Source: an uncultured Solirubrobacterales bacterium (GTDB lineage: Bacteria > Actinomycetota > Thermoleophilia > Solirubrobacterales > Solirubrobacteraceae). From it: a DNA stretch of 64,000 nt. This document shows positions 30,627 to 40,703 of this stretch, in pieces. The DNA is taken from positions 133,585 through 197,584 of the forward strand of contig OY969118.1 in the NCBI GenBank assembly GCA_963698055.1. The letters run 5' to 3'. The stretch's first letter is position 1, and each line of letters starts with the position of its first letter. A program made the translations under genes and the position numbers. A model generated the notes under the pieces. It worked only from the letters and a program-made list of their open reading frames with translations, ran no database searches and was not told the origin of the DNA.

Positions 30627-31160
30627 CTAGCGCAGCGCGGCCCTGCGGCTCTGTTCGATGCGCAGGCCACCGCGACCGATCCGCGCGATGAAGCGCGAGA
30701 TGATCGAGCCGACGAGCAGGTAGACCAGCAGCGCGATGCCCCAGTTCACGGTGATTGCCCGCTTTGGGTGGCCGGCAAATGTGATCAGACCGGTAAACGC
30801 GCCGGCGAAGAAGTTGGCGCCTTCGTGGATCCCTTTGACGATCGTGTTGGCAGAGTTGGCATCGACGTCGCGTAGCACGATCGCGAGGCCGATCAGCAGC
30901 GCGATCAAGCTCGCGATCAGCATCACCAGCCGCGCGATCGCAAGCACGCCCGAGCCGACCGCACCTGCCGCCGTGGCCCCAGCGCTCTGCGTACGCCAGC
31001 CAAGCCCGCGCCGGCGACGTTCCACCCCCGGCCGTTCTGTCCCCGGCCCTTCCGCCACCCCACGTTCTGCGGCCGCCGGGCGTTCGGTCCGCGCGCGTCC
31101 TTGCGGCGCTTGCGCGGATTCTTGGATCGGAGCGGTTTGGGTACGTCGCATAAGTCTCAT
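30627..31160 (-). CDS. Hypothetical membrane protein
   Basis: Two TM segments with ANSANTIV..AGAFTGL..VNWGIA between and after them; SigF-like promoter upstream. Confidence 0.65.
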   Translation of the reverse strand: MRLMRRTQTAPIQESAQAPQGRARTERPAAAERGVAEGPGTERPGVERRRRGLGWRTQSAGATAAGAVGSGVLAIARLVMLIASLIALLIGLAIVLRDVDANSANTIVKGIHEGANFFAGAFTGLITFAGHPKRAITVNWGIALLVYLLVGSIISRFIARIGRGGLRIEQSRRAALR

Positions 31161-31234
31161 GTGACTCAACTACCCCGCTCGGGGCTCGCCAACACACCGA
31201 TCGCGTTGACGGGGCGGCGCTAGTGTGTCAACCC

Positions 31235-31384
31235 ATGTCCAAGTCATCAGCTGACCCGTCAGCACCGAGTCCCACGCCGCCGCTGCCCACTCCCGGGCCG
31301 ATCCCCGCGCCCGCGCCGGATCCGGTGCCGCCGACGCCGCGGCCGGACCCGACGCCGCCCGGCCCGAACCCGCCCGTGATCTAG
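31235..31384 (+). CDS. 49-aa proline-rich microprotein
   Basis: ATG..TAG frame MSKSSADPSAPSPTPPLPTPGPIPAPAPDPVPPTPRPDPTPPGPNPPVI; TAGTGT 8 nt upstream. Confidence 0.45.
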   Translation: MSKSSADPSAPSPTPPLPTPGPIPAPAPDPVPPTPRPDPTPPGPNPPVI

Positions 31385-31400
31385 ACGCCGGCCTGAGCGC

Positions 31401-32468
31401 TCATGCCGCGGCGCGGCGAGGCAGCGGCGCGTCGGCGAGCAGCTCGAGCACGGCCGACTCGACGCGCGCGCGGATCCGCGTGTCGGCCAGATCGGGGCCG
31501 TCGTGTGCCAGCGGGCCGAGCGTCGCGGCGATCGTCACGTGCGCTTCAAAGCGATCGATCACGCGCGGATCCACGTAGGAGGCGCGGCACACCGCCGGTG
31601 TGTTGCCGAGATAGGCGGCGACCGTCTTGATCGCTTGGCTGACCGCCCGCGCGGTGGCCGTCTTGCTCTTGCTCGGGTGCTCCGCCGCCGCGCCCGCAAG
31701 CGCGACCGCCGCGAGCACGCTCGCGTTCCAGGTACGAAAGTCCTTCGCGGTGAACTCCCCGCCTGTGTGCTGCTTGATGTAGGCGTTGACGTCCTCGGGG
31801 TGCAGCTCCACCCAGCGCCTCTCGTCGCGATAGGCGAGCAGCTGCGTGCCCCCACGACGACGCTTCAGCGCGGTGACGATGCGCAGGGCATCGACGTCGG
31901 CGATCGCCTGTACGCGGCGCTGCCCGGACTTCGCCGGGAAGTCGAAGATCAGCAGCCCGTCTTCGATCGATACGTGCTCCCGACGCATCGTCGTGAGCCC
32001 GTAGGAGTCGTTGCGCTCGGCGTAGTCCTCGGAGCCGATGCGGAAGAAGCCGAGGTCGAGTAGCCGCACCGCACACGCGAGCACACGCGGACGTGAGAGC
32101 TCCTCGCCCGTCCCGTCGGCGGCGAAGCGCAGCTCGCGCGCGACGCGCCGGCGCAGCCGCGGCAGCGCCTCGCCGAAGGCCAGCATCGAGTCGTACTTGC
32201 GCCGGTCACGGTGTGCCCGCCAGCGCTCGTGGTAGAGGTACTGCTTACGCGCAGCCGCATCCAGACCCGTCGCCTGGAGATGCCCGAGCGGGTCCATGCA
32301 GATCCACACCTCGCGCCAGGCCGGCGGGATCGCGAGCTCTGCGATGCGCTCGAGGACCTCGGGGTCGTCGATGCGCACGCCCGCGGGATCGCGGTATTCG
32401 AAGCCGCGGCCCCGACGGCGCCGGGCGATGCCGGGCGCCGCACAGCTCGATTTTCGCAGGCGGGGCAT
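31401..32468 (-). CDS. DNA topoisomerase IB (bacterial, poxvirus-like)
   Basis: AIPPAW, GHLQATG, RKQYLYH, FRIG, AKSG, KDFRTW and LGNTPAVCRASY (catalytic Tyr). Confidence 0.93.
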   Translation of the reverse strand: MPRLRKSSCAAPGIARRRRGRGFEYRDPAGVRIDDPEVLERIAELAIPPAWREVWICMDPLGHLQATGLDAAARKQYLYHERWRAHRDRRKYDSMLAFGEALPRLRRRVARELRFAADGTGEELSRPRVLACAVRLLDLGFFRIGSEDYAERNDSYGLTTMRREHVSIEDGLLIFDFPAKSGQRRVQAIADVDALRIVTALKRRRGGTQLLAYRDERRWVELHPEDVNAYIKQHTGGEFTAKDFRTWNASVLAAVALAGAAAEHPSKSKTATARAVSQAIKTVAAYLGNTPAVCRASYVDPRVIDRFEAHVTIAATLGPLAHDGPDLADTRIRARVESAVLELLADAPLPRRAAA

Positions 32469-32564
32469 GGCCGAAGTGATACCCGCTGCGCACGATTCTC
32501 GATCAACGCGGCCCGAAAGTCGACGCCGACGGTGAGATTGCGCTTGAACGGGTAGAGCAAAGAC

Positions 32565-33095
32565 ATGTCGAGCACCCACACGCCTCCTCGCGACAGCCAG
32601 GCCGGCGTCGATCATTCCCTGACCGCGGGTTACGCGCCCCACGAGCATCGTCCCCTCGCCAGCTACGCCACGCTCACGGGCGTCTTTGGAGTTGGCGTCG
32701 GGGGAGCGTTGCTCGCGCTCCGTGCCAGCGGACGCGAGCTTCCGCAGCAGCTCAGCGTCGGCGATCTCGCGTTGCTGGGTGTCGCCTCGCACAAGCTCAG
32801 CCGGATGCTCACCAAGGACAAGGCCACGAGCTTCCTGCGCGCACCCTTCACGCGGCTACAGGGCAACGCGGGCCATGCCGAGCTGGACGAGGAGCCACGC
32901 GGCGTAGGCGCCCGGCGCGCGATCGGCGAACTGCTGGTCTGCCCCTACTGCCTGGCGCAGTGGATCACCGCCGCGATGAGCATCAGCCTTGTTACCCAAC
33001 CGCGCCTCACACGCTTCGTGGCCGGCATCTATGCGGAGTTGACGCTCGCAGACTTCCTGCAGCTCGCATACCGCGCCGCCGAGGAGCGGGCGTGA
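32565..33095 (+). CDS. DUF1360-family membrane protein
   Basis: HKLSRMLTKDKATSFLRAPF and GELLVCPYC..W motifs. Confidence 0.8.
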   Translation: MSSTHTPPRDSQAGVDHSLTAGYAPHEHRPLASYATLTGVFGVGVGGALLALRASGRELPQQLSVGDLALLGVASHKLSRMLTKDKATSFLRAPFTRLQGNAGHAELDEEPRGVGARRAIGELLVCPYCLAQWITAAMSISLVTQPRLTRFVAGIYAELTLADFLQLAYRAAEERA

Positions 33096-33099
33096 GGGC

Positions 33100-33714
33100 T
33101 TGACGCGCGCCGCCGTCGTCGTGGACGGGCATGGTTTCAGGACATCAGCCGCAGGGAATCAAGAGCGCGTGCAGCGGGGGCCGCTATTCCTCACTTTCGA
33201 TGACGGGCCCGACGAGCACTGGACCCCCCGCATCCTTGAGGAGCTCGAGCGTTGCGATGCCCGCGCCACCTTCTTCGTCGTCGGCGAGCGCGTCCGTGCT
33301 GCGCCCGAGCTCGTCGCAGCGGTCAGCGACGCGGGCCACGAGGTAGCGCTGCACTGCGATCGCCACATTCGCCACACCGATCTCAGCGAGGATGAGATCG
33401 AGGCCGATACGGTCTCCGCGCTGGCTTCGCTCGCGCTGCTCGGCCGGCGCCCGCGACTGTGGCGGACGCCGTGGGGCATATGCACTCCGGCGAGCCTGCG
33501 TGTGGCTGAGCGCTACGGGCTCGAGCTCATCCATTGGAGCTTCGACACCCACGACTGGCGCGGCGACTCCCCCGCGCAAGCCCTCGCCGACATCGACGGT
33601 GCGCTCGGGGCGAATGCGATCGTCCTGATGCACGACGCGATTGGCCCCGGCGCGCGGCGCGCCGGCTGCGAGAACACGCTCGCGCTGATTGCACCACTGT
33701 TGGCGGCCGCATGA
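33100..33714 (+). CDS. NodB-type (CE4) polysaccharide deacetylase
   Basis: All five CE4 motifs: TFDDGP, HCDRH, RTPWG, DTHDW and LMHD. Confidence 0.9.
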   Translation: MTRAAVVVDGHGFRTSAAGNQERVQRGPLFLTFDDGPDEHWTPRILEELERCDARATFFVVGERVRAAPELVAAVSDAGHEVALHCDRHIRHTDLSEDEIEADTVSALASLALLGRRPRLWRTPWGICTPASLRVAERYGLELIHWSFDTHDWRGDSPAQALADIDGALGANAIVLMHDAIGPGARRAGCENTLALIAPLLAAA

Positions 33715-34799
33715 GCATCGAGACGATCGGCGCGCCGTCAGCGCCCACGAGGAGCCTGACGCTCGCGGGCGCGCTTCAGCAGATCGCGGCGTGTGCCGAC
33801 GCGCTCGATGCGCACCCCCGATTTCCGGCGGAGAACCTCGAAAGCTTGCGTGACGCCGGCGTCACGCAAGCTGCGGCGCAGCGCTCGCACACGAGCCTCG
33901 CGAGCGAGATCGCGCTCGTGCGAGCGGTTGCGGGGGTCGACGCCTCCACTGCGCGGATCCTCGACGGACACTTCAACGGCGTCGAGCGGCTCGCGCTCGG
34001 AGCGCCCGCGGAGCTGCGCGAGCAGGAGCTCGGCGAGATCGCGCGGGGCTCGCTGCTACTCGGAGTGTGGGGGGCAGACCCGCTGCCCAGCGAGGGCTCG
34101 CCGGCGAACATCGAGCCGACGCGCGACGGCGCGCTGCTGTTGCAGGGCACGAAGACTTTCTGCTCAGGCGCGGGCGGCGTACAGCGGGCGCTCGTCGTCG
34201 CACGCGACCGCGACGGCGCGCGGCGCCTGGCCTACGTCGATGCACGTGAGGGCCTGGAGATCGACCGCAGCTGGTATCGGGCATCGGGTTTGCGCTCCTC
34301 CGAGAGCCATCTCGTGCGTTTCCATGACACGCCGGTGCTGAGCGTGCTGGGCGGCCCTGAGGAGCTGATGCGCGAGCCCTATATCTCCCGCGACGGCGTG
34401 CGCACCGCGGCGAGCTGGGCCGGCATCGCGGACTGCATTTTCGCGGCAGCTCTCGGCGTGCTCGGCCAGGGCAGCCCAGACGAGCTGCGCCTACACGCGA
34501 TCGGGCGGATGCGCGTTGCCCTGGGAACGATCGATCGCTGGTTGGACCATGCGGCGATCGGCCTCGAGGAGGGCAGCGCGGAGCCCGCGGCGCTCGCCGG
34601 CGAAACGCGCGTGGCGGTCGCCGCCGCCGCGCGGCGCATCGCGGCCGAGGCTGCCGGCGCCTGCGGCGCAAGAGCGCTCACACGCGGCGGCGAGCTCGAC
34701 CGCGCTAGACGTGATCTCGACCTGTTCCTGCTCCAGCACCGGCTCGAGCCAAAGCTCGTGCAGCTCGGACGCGAATCGCTGCCAGCAGCACGGCCATGA
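33711..34799 (+). CDS. Acyl-CoA dehydrogenase-fold flavoprotein
   Basis: ARILDGHFN, LLGVWGAD, GTKTFCSGA, WYRASGLRSSES and RARRDLDLFLLQ motifs; ATGA overlap with the deacetylase. Confidence 0.82.
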   Translation: MSIETIGAPSAPTRSLTLAGALQQIAACADALDAHPRFPAENLESLRDAGVTQAAAQRSHTSLASEIALVRAVAGVDASTARILDGHFNGVERLALGAPAELREQELGEIARGSLLLGVWGADPLPSEGSPANIEPTRDGALLLQGTKTFCSGAGGVQRALVVARDRDGARRLAYVDAREGLEIDRSWYRASGLRSSESHLVRFHDTPVLSVLGGPEELMREPYISRDGVRTAASWAGIADCIFAAALGVLGQGSPDELRLHAIGRMRVALGTIDRWLDHAAIGLEEGSAEPAALAGETRVAVAAAARRIAAEAAGACGARALTRGGELDRARRDLDLFLLQHRLEPKLVQLGRESLPAARP

Positions 34800-35383
34800 G
34801 CTCCCTGCCTGCCCGCAGTCGGACTGGAGCCGCGCACTTCGACGAGCTCTACGAGTCGAGCGCAGACCCCTGGAACTACGCCTCTAGCGCGTATGAGCAC
34901 GAGAAGTACGCGGCCACGCTCGCGGCCGCCGGTCCAGGGCCCCACGCGCGGGCTCTGGAGGTCGGCTGCTCGATCGGGATCTTCACCGAGCGCCTCGCGC
35001 CGAGCTGCGCCGAGCTCGTCGCGCTCGACTTCTCCACCCGCGCGCTGGAGCTCGCCCGCGCACGACTCGCGGGGCTTGCGAACGTCGAGCTCATCCACGG
35101 CAGCTTCCCGGAGCAGGTGCCCGCGGGCGAGTGGGACCTGATCGTGTGCTCGGAGGTCCTCTACTACCTCGATCCCCCGGCCTTCGCGCAGGCGCTTGGG
35201 TGGTTGCGCACGCGCCTGGAGCATGGCGCACGCGTCGTGGCCGTCAGCTGGCGTGGCGTTGGCACGAGTGAGCCGCTGAGGGGCGATGACGTGCACGACC
35301 TGCTCGCCGTAGAGCTCGCCGAGCTACACACGCTCCAGACGCGCACTACCGGCTACCGCCTCGATCGCTTCGACGGATCATGA
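34796..35383 (+). CDS. NodS-family SAM methyltransferase
   Basis: FDELY...DPWNY....YEHEKY, LEVGCSIG and SEVLYYL motifs. Confidence 0.87.
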   Translation: MSSLPARSRTGAAHFDELYESSADPWNYASSAYEHEKYAATLAAAGPGPHARALEVGCSIGIFTERLAPSCAELVALDFSTRALELARARLAGLANVELIHGSFPEQVPAGEWDLIVCSEVLYYLDPPAFAQALGWLRTRLEHGARVVAVSWRGVGTSEPLRGDDVHDLLAVELAELHTLQTRTTGYRLDRFDGS

Positions 35384-37155
35384 GCGCTGAGCGGATCGCG
35401 ACGGCCGGCACGGCGCAGACGGATCTCGCGAGGGCGCGTACCGTCGGAGCGAGCGACACCCGGGCTCTACCCGCCCCCCATCCCTCGCTGCGTGCGGTGG
35501 TGGTCATCCCGGCGCGCGATGAGGCGCATCGCATCGAGGCGTGCCTGCACGCGCTGAGGGTGCAGACGGGGCTGGGCCCGGAGGAGTACGAGGTGATCGT
35601 CGTGCTCGACGGCTGCCGTGACGCGACAGCTGAGCTGATCGCGCGCTACGCCGCCGAGCAGCCCGCTTTCACCCTGCACGCGGTTGCGATGTCCCGCGCC
35701 GCCGGCGTTGGACGCGCGCGGCGCTGCGGCATGGATCTCGCCCATCGCCGCCTACGCTTGCTCGCGCGCGGCGAGGGCCTGATCGCGAGCACCGATGCCG
35801 ACAGCGTCGTCGCCAGCGACTGGCTCAGGCGCCAACTCGAGCTCGTCGGCGCGGGCGCACGCGCGATCGGCGGCCACATCGAGCTCGACGCACTCGAGGC
35901 CACAGGCCTGTCGAGCATCGCGTTGAGCGAGCGCGAGCGCAGAGCAGGCGAGCGTCTGGCGACTGTTCTCGGCCGCGACCAGCGCGGGGCGTTGACCGAG
36001 CATCACCAGTTCAGCGGTGCCTCGCTGGCGCTCACCGCCGACGCCTACCGCGACTGCGGCGGTCTGCCAGTGCGCGCGGCGCTGGAGGATGAGGCCTTGG
36101 AGGCCGAGCTCGCCTCACTCGGCATCCCGATCCATCGCAGCCGCAGCGTGCGCGTGGTGACCTCCGCACGACGCGATGGGCGTGCACCACGCGGGCTGGC
36201 GCGCGATCTCGCGCGCGTCGATTGGCGTGCGCGCCGTAGCTACCGCGCCGAGGAGTTTCCGCTCGAGCGGCTGTTGACAGCCAAGAGCGAGTCGGTCGCG
36301 CTCGTGCTCCCGGCCCGTGAAGTCGCAGCCACGCTCGGTCCGATCGCGCGGAGCGCCGCCGCGCTGCGTGACCGCGGGCTATTGGACGAGGTGCTCGTGG
36401 TCGATGCCTGCTCGCGTGACGGCAGCGCCGGCATCGCCGCCGAAGCAGGGATCGAGGTGTTGCAAGAGGATCAGATCGAGCGCGAGCTCGGCCCGGCGCG
36501 CGGGAAGGGCGATGCGATGTGGCGGGCGCTCAGCACGCTCGACAGCGACATCGTCGCCTACGCCGATGCGGACACGGAGGACTTCGGCGAGCAGTTCCTC
36601 ACGGGCCTGCTTGGCCCGCTGTTGTGCGACCCCGACATACAGTTCGTCAAGGGCTTCTTCCGACGTCCCTTCCGAGAGGGCGCCACGCTGCTGCCAGAAG
36701 GCGGCGGCCGCGTCACGGAGCTGATGGCGCGACCGCTCCTGAACCTCCACGCGCCTGAGCTCGCGGTCTTTGACCAGCCGCTCGCGGGAGAGATCGCGGC
36801 ACGGCGCGATCTCCTCGAGCGGATTCCCTTCAGCGCCGGCTACGGCGTGGAGATCGCGATGCTGATCGACGCCTGGCGGGTCGTCGGCCTCGACGGCCTC
36901 GCGCAGGTGGACCTGGGCGTGCGCCAGAACCGTCACCAACCGTTGCGCGACCTTTCGGCGATGTCCTACGCGGTGCTCGTCGCCGCCAGCACGAGACTGC
37001 TCGGCGCGGACTTCGCCGACGCCAACGCCGTCGGCTCGCTGTCGCTCCCGCCCCTGCACGGCGAGCAGCAGATGGAGTCGCGCCGCGTTCCGATCGAGGA
37101 GCGCCCGGCGCTGCGCGCCTACCGCGAGCAGCGCGCCGCGGCCGAGCGCGCTTAG
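35380..37155 (+). CDS. GT2 glycosyltransferase fused to glucosyl-3-phosphoglycerate synthase (GpgS)
   Basis: N half: VIPARDE, TDADS, GASL, ED and VVTSARRDGRA. C half: GKGDAMWRAL, DAD, GGGRVTELMARPLL, QPLAGE, GYGVEIAMLID and RQNRHQPL. Confidence 0.85.
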   Translation: MSAERIATAGTAQTDLARARTVGASDTRALPAPHPSLRAVVVIPARDEAHRIEACLHALRVQTGLGPEEYEVIVVLDGCRDATAELIARYAAEQPAFTLHAVAMSRAAGVGRARRCGMDLAHRRLRLLARGEGLIASTDADSVVASDWLRRQLELVGAGARAIGGHIELDALEATGLSSIALSERERRAGERLATVLGRDQRGALTEHHQFSGASLALTADAYRDCGGLPVRAALEDEALEAELASLGIPIHRSRSVRVVTSARRDGRAPRGLARDLARVDWRARRSYRAEEFPLERLLTAKSESVALVLPAREVAATLGPIARSAAALRDRGLLDEVLVVDACSRDGSAGIAAEAGIEVLQEDQIERELGPARGKGDAMWRALSTLDSDIVAYADADTEDFGEQFLTGLLGPLLCDPDIQFVKGFFRRPFREGATLLPEGGGRVTELMARPLLNLHAPELAVFDQPLAGEIAARRDLLERIPFSAGYGVEIAMLIDAWRVVGLDGLAQVDLGVRQNRHQPLRDLSAMSYAVLVAASTRLLGADFADANAVGSLSLPPLHGEQQMESRRVPIEERPALRAYREQRAAAERA

Positions 37156-37619
37156 CCTTTGCTGTCCTCCGCGGCGTACTGTGGCTCATCGCCGTGGTTG
37201 CCGTCGCGCGCCCCGGTCCCGTCTTCGCCGCGCGCGGCGAGCACGAAGATCTCAGCGTTGTAGTCAGGGTCGTAGTGAGCGGCGCTCATAAAGGCGACGA
37301 CGCTGCGCTGCAGCTCCTCCTCGATGACCTGCCTGAAACGGTCGTTCATTACTTCCTGGAGCTGGGCACGGAGCTCCATCACCGCGCGCGTACGCCCATC
37401 CTCGATCAGCGTCTTCTCCGCCTGGGTGTAGCCGCCGCTGAGCAGCACGACGACCAGCTCGCCCGAGTAATACGTGCGCGCCTGCGTCGGACCCTTGCCG
37501 TAGTGCTCCTTCAGCAGCCCCACGATCCGACGCGAGATCGCCGCGAGTGCGGCTCCTGATTCGGAGGGCCCGCTCTCCTCGAGCCCGCGGCCCGAGGTGG
37601 GCGACCCGTCGCGATTCAT
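37152..37619 (-). CDS. DUF2294/MpsC-family protein
   Basis: ISRRIVGLLKEHYGKGPTQARTY and EKTL motifs; start uncertain. Confidence 0.75.
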   Translation of the reverse strand: MNRDGSPTSGRGLEESGPSESGAALAAISRRIVGLLKEHYGKGPTQARTYYSGELVVVLLSGGYTQAEKTLIEDGRTRAVMELRAQLQEVMNDRFRQVIEEELQRSVVAFMSAAHYDPDYNAEIFVLAARGEDGTGARDGNHGDEPQYAAEDSKG

Positions 37620-37724
37620 CGTCGCCTCAGAGGGCGTCCGTGGCATGCGTGCTGAGCCGAGGGCGCCATCGCTGCACACGGTACTCGACATAGAGCTCAC
37701 ATAACGAAACTTCTCGCGAGGCGC

Positions 37725-38208
37725 TCAATGCGCGCTATCGCCTCCGCCGAGCAACTCGAGCGCGTGCCCCAGCGAGCCCACGATCGCCTCGCCCGCCTGC
37801 TCGATGCTGCGCGGGCTGCCAGGGAAGTTGACGATCAGGGTCGCGCCCGCGACGCCCGCGACGCCGCGCGAGAGCATCCAGTGGCGCGTGTGCGGTCGGG
37901 AGGCGGCGCGCATCGCCTCGGCGATCCCCGGCGCCTCGCGATCGATCACCGCGCGAGTCGCCTCCGGCGTGACGTCGCTCGGCGCGAGCCCCGTGCCGCC
38001 GCTCGTCAGGACCAGCGCGCAGCCCGCTCGTCGCGACCCAGCGGCGCAGGCGCGCCTCGATCGCCTCGCGGTCGTCGGCGATCAGCTCGCGGCCGAGGAT
38101 CTCCAGCGCCGAGCGCGCTCGGCGCAGCACGGCGAGCTGCGCGCCGCTCTCATCCTCGCCCTGGCCGGCCGCCTTGGAGGTGCTGATCGTGATGAGCGCC
38201 GCGCCCAT
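37725..38208 (-). CDS. MogA/MoaB molybdopterin adenylyltransferase (frameshifted)
   Basis: LITIST, DESG, TSGGTGL...DVTPEA, LSRGVAG and NFPGSP found across shifting frames. Confidence 0.8.
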
Positions 38209-38691
38209 CACTCGCGCCGGTAGTCGCTGCGCCCGCCGCTCTTCTCGAGCAGCACGACCTCCTCGATCGACGACGCCGCGCTCGAGGCCCTTGACCATGT
38301 CGTAGACGGTCAGCGCCGCGACCGCGCAGGCGATCATCGCCTCCATCTCGACGCCGGTGCTGGCGACGGTGCGCACCTCGCGCGATCAGCTCCACGAGGC
38401 CGCGCCTCGACGTCGACGCTCGCGCTCACGTCGACGAAGCGTGAGCGGCAGCGGGTGGGCGAGCGGGATCAGCGCGCCAGTCTGCTTGGCCGCCTGGATC
38501 CCGGCGATCCGCGCGACACCGAGCACCTCGCCCTTGGGCCCGTCGCCGCGCGCGACCGCGCGCGCGCTCTGCGGCGACATCCGCACGCGCGCGCGAGCGC
38601 GGGCGACGCGCTCGGTGATCTCCTTCGCGCCGACGTCGACCATCCGCGCGCGGCCGTCCTCGTCGAGGTGGGTGAGGCGCTGCTCGCTCAT
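38208..38691 (-). CDS. moaC: Cyclic pyranopterin monophosphate synthase (frameshifted)
   Basis: [29 protein letters not shown] and YDMVK motifs. Confidence 0.88.
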
Positions 38692-39398
38692 CGCGGTCGG
38701 CTCGCTTCCGGGCACCCAGCGCGCGTCTGCGCCGGCAGCGGTGCTCGCGCTTCCAGATCGGCGCCTCGGCCTTGATCCGGTCGATCGCTTCGCGCGCGCC
38801 CGCGAACGCTTCGCCGCGATGCGGCGCGGAGACCGCGACGATCACGCTCGGCTCGCCCAGCGCGAACGCGCCGACCCGGTGCTCGGCGGCCGCGGCGCAG
38901 AGACCGTGCGCGCGATGCAGTCGCGCATGATCGCCTCGATGCGCTCCTCGGCCATCTCGGATAGGCCTCGTAGTCGAGCCGCTGCGACCTCGCGCGTGAC
39001 GCCCTGGAAGACGACGATCGCGCCCGCGCGTGGGTCGGCCGACGGCGCGCGAGAGCGCCTCGAGCGAGAGCGGCTCCTCGCTGACGCGGACGTGCGATCG
39101 CTCGGCGGCTCCGGCCGCGCCGCCGCTGAGCGGCGGGATCAGCGCCAGCTCGTCGTCGCGCACACAGCACCGTCTCGCCCGTCGCGTAGTCGCGGTTGAC
39201 CGCCATGCGCACCGGCAGCCGCGCGAGCAGCTCGCCCAGCGGCTCGCGCGATGCCGAGGCGTCGCGAGCGCGTCGGCGACGGTCGCACCGGCCGGGCAGC
39301 GAGAGCTCGATGCGATCGCTGCCGGCACGTTCGCGCAGCATCGCGAACAGCCGGACCTCGACGACGATCGTGCCCGCCTGCGCCTGCGTCGAGCTCAC
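38688..39398 (-). CDS. MoaD-MoaE fusion molybdopterin synthase (frameshifted)
   Basis: [15 protein letters not shown] and ALIPPLSGG (MoaD) followed by VSAPHR and APIWKRE (MoaE). Confidence 0.82.
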   Translation of the reverse strand: MSSTQAQAGTIVVEVRLFAMLRERAGSDRIELSLPGRCDRRRRARDASASREPLGELLARLPVRMAVNRDYATGETVLCARRRAGADPAAQRRRGRSRRAIARPRQRGAALARGALARRRPTHARARSSSSRASRARSQRLDYEAYPRWPRSASRRSCATASRARSLRRGRRAPGRRVRAGRAERDRRGLRAASRRSVRGRARSDRPDQGRGADLEARAPLPAQTRAGCPEASRPR

Positions 39399-40673
39399 GC
39401 GCGACCCTCGACCCAGCTACGCAGCGGCTCGATCTCGCACGCGCTCGCCGGCGCGCACGAGCACGGTCTCGGTGGGGATGATCGCGAGCGCGTCGGCGCC
39501 GAGCATCGAGGTGAGCACGTGCGAGCCCTGGGCGCCGGTCGGGCGCGACGTGCCAGCCGTCCTCGCGCGCGCTGACGCCGCAGCGCACGGCGTGAGCCCG
39601 GCCGGCCGGCTTCTCGTAGTCGCAGTCCATCACCGCCGAGCGGCGCGGCGGGTCCTCCGCGGCCCCAGCAGCGCGCGCAGCGCCGGGCGTACGAGCAGCA
39701 CGAAGGTGACCATCGCCGAGACCGGATTGCCGGGCAGGCCGAAGACGAGCGTTTGCCCGCGGGTCCCGAACCAGGTCGGCTTGCCGGGCTTCAGCGCGAC
39801 TCCCCAGAAGCTCTTCGAGCGCGCCGAGCTCGGCGAGGCTCGGGCGCACGTGGTCGTGCTCGCCGACCGAGACACCGCCGCAGATCACCGCCACATCGAC
39901 CTCCTCGAGCGCCACGCCAATCGCCGCTGTCGTGGCCTCCGGGTCGTCGCCCACCGCGGCGACGCTCACGACCTCGGCCCCGGCGCGCCGGCGCAAGCGC
40001 CGCGACCGTCAGCGAGTTCGTGTCGCGCACCGCCCCCGCGCGCGTCGGCTCGCCGGGTGCGAGCAGCTCGTCGCCGCTGACGAGCACCGAGACGCGCGGC
40101 CGGCGTGCGCAGAGCACCTCGCTCACGACCGAGCGAGGCAAGCACGCCGAGCTCGGCGGCGCCGAGCACGCAGCCCCCGCTCGAGCACAGCTCGCCCGCC
40201 CCGACGTCCTCGCCGGCTCGCCGCATGTTCTGGCCCGGCACCACAGGCGACCCGCACCTCCACCCGCTCGCTCGGCGACGGTCGTGTCCTCGACGCGCAC
40301 GACCGCATCGGCGCCCGCCGGGATCATCGCGCCGGTCGAGATCGCGATCGCCTGCCGCGCCCGCGATCGCCGCGCTCGCTCGGCGCGCCCGCGCGCGACT
40401 CGCCGATCAGCTCGAGCACGACCGGCGCCTCGGGCGAAGCGCTCGCCACGTCCTCGGCGCGCAGCGCGAAGCCGTCCATCGCGGAGCTGTCGAAAGGCGG
40501 GCACCGCGCTCGTCGGCGCTCACGTCCTCGGCGAGCACGCGGCCCAGCGCCGCCTCCAGCGCGAGCTCCTCTCCCGCGAGCGGCCTGACCGCGTTCAGCA
40601 CGAGCTGCCTGGCCTGCTTCAGCTCGAGCAGCGCCGCCCCCGTTTCCGTGTCATGCCGCGCGATCGCCGCCAT
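39395..40673 (-). CDS. moeA: Molybdopterin molybdotransferase (frameshifted)
   Basis: [41 protein letters not shown] and GLPGNP motifs. Confidence 0.88.
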
Positions 40674-40703
40674 CGCCAGGGACTGTAGTGCGACACTCAG
40701 GCG

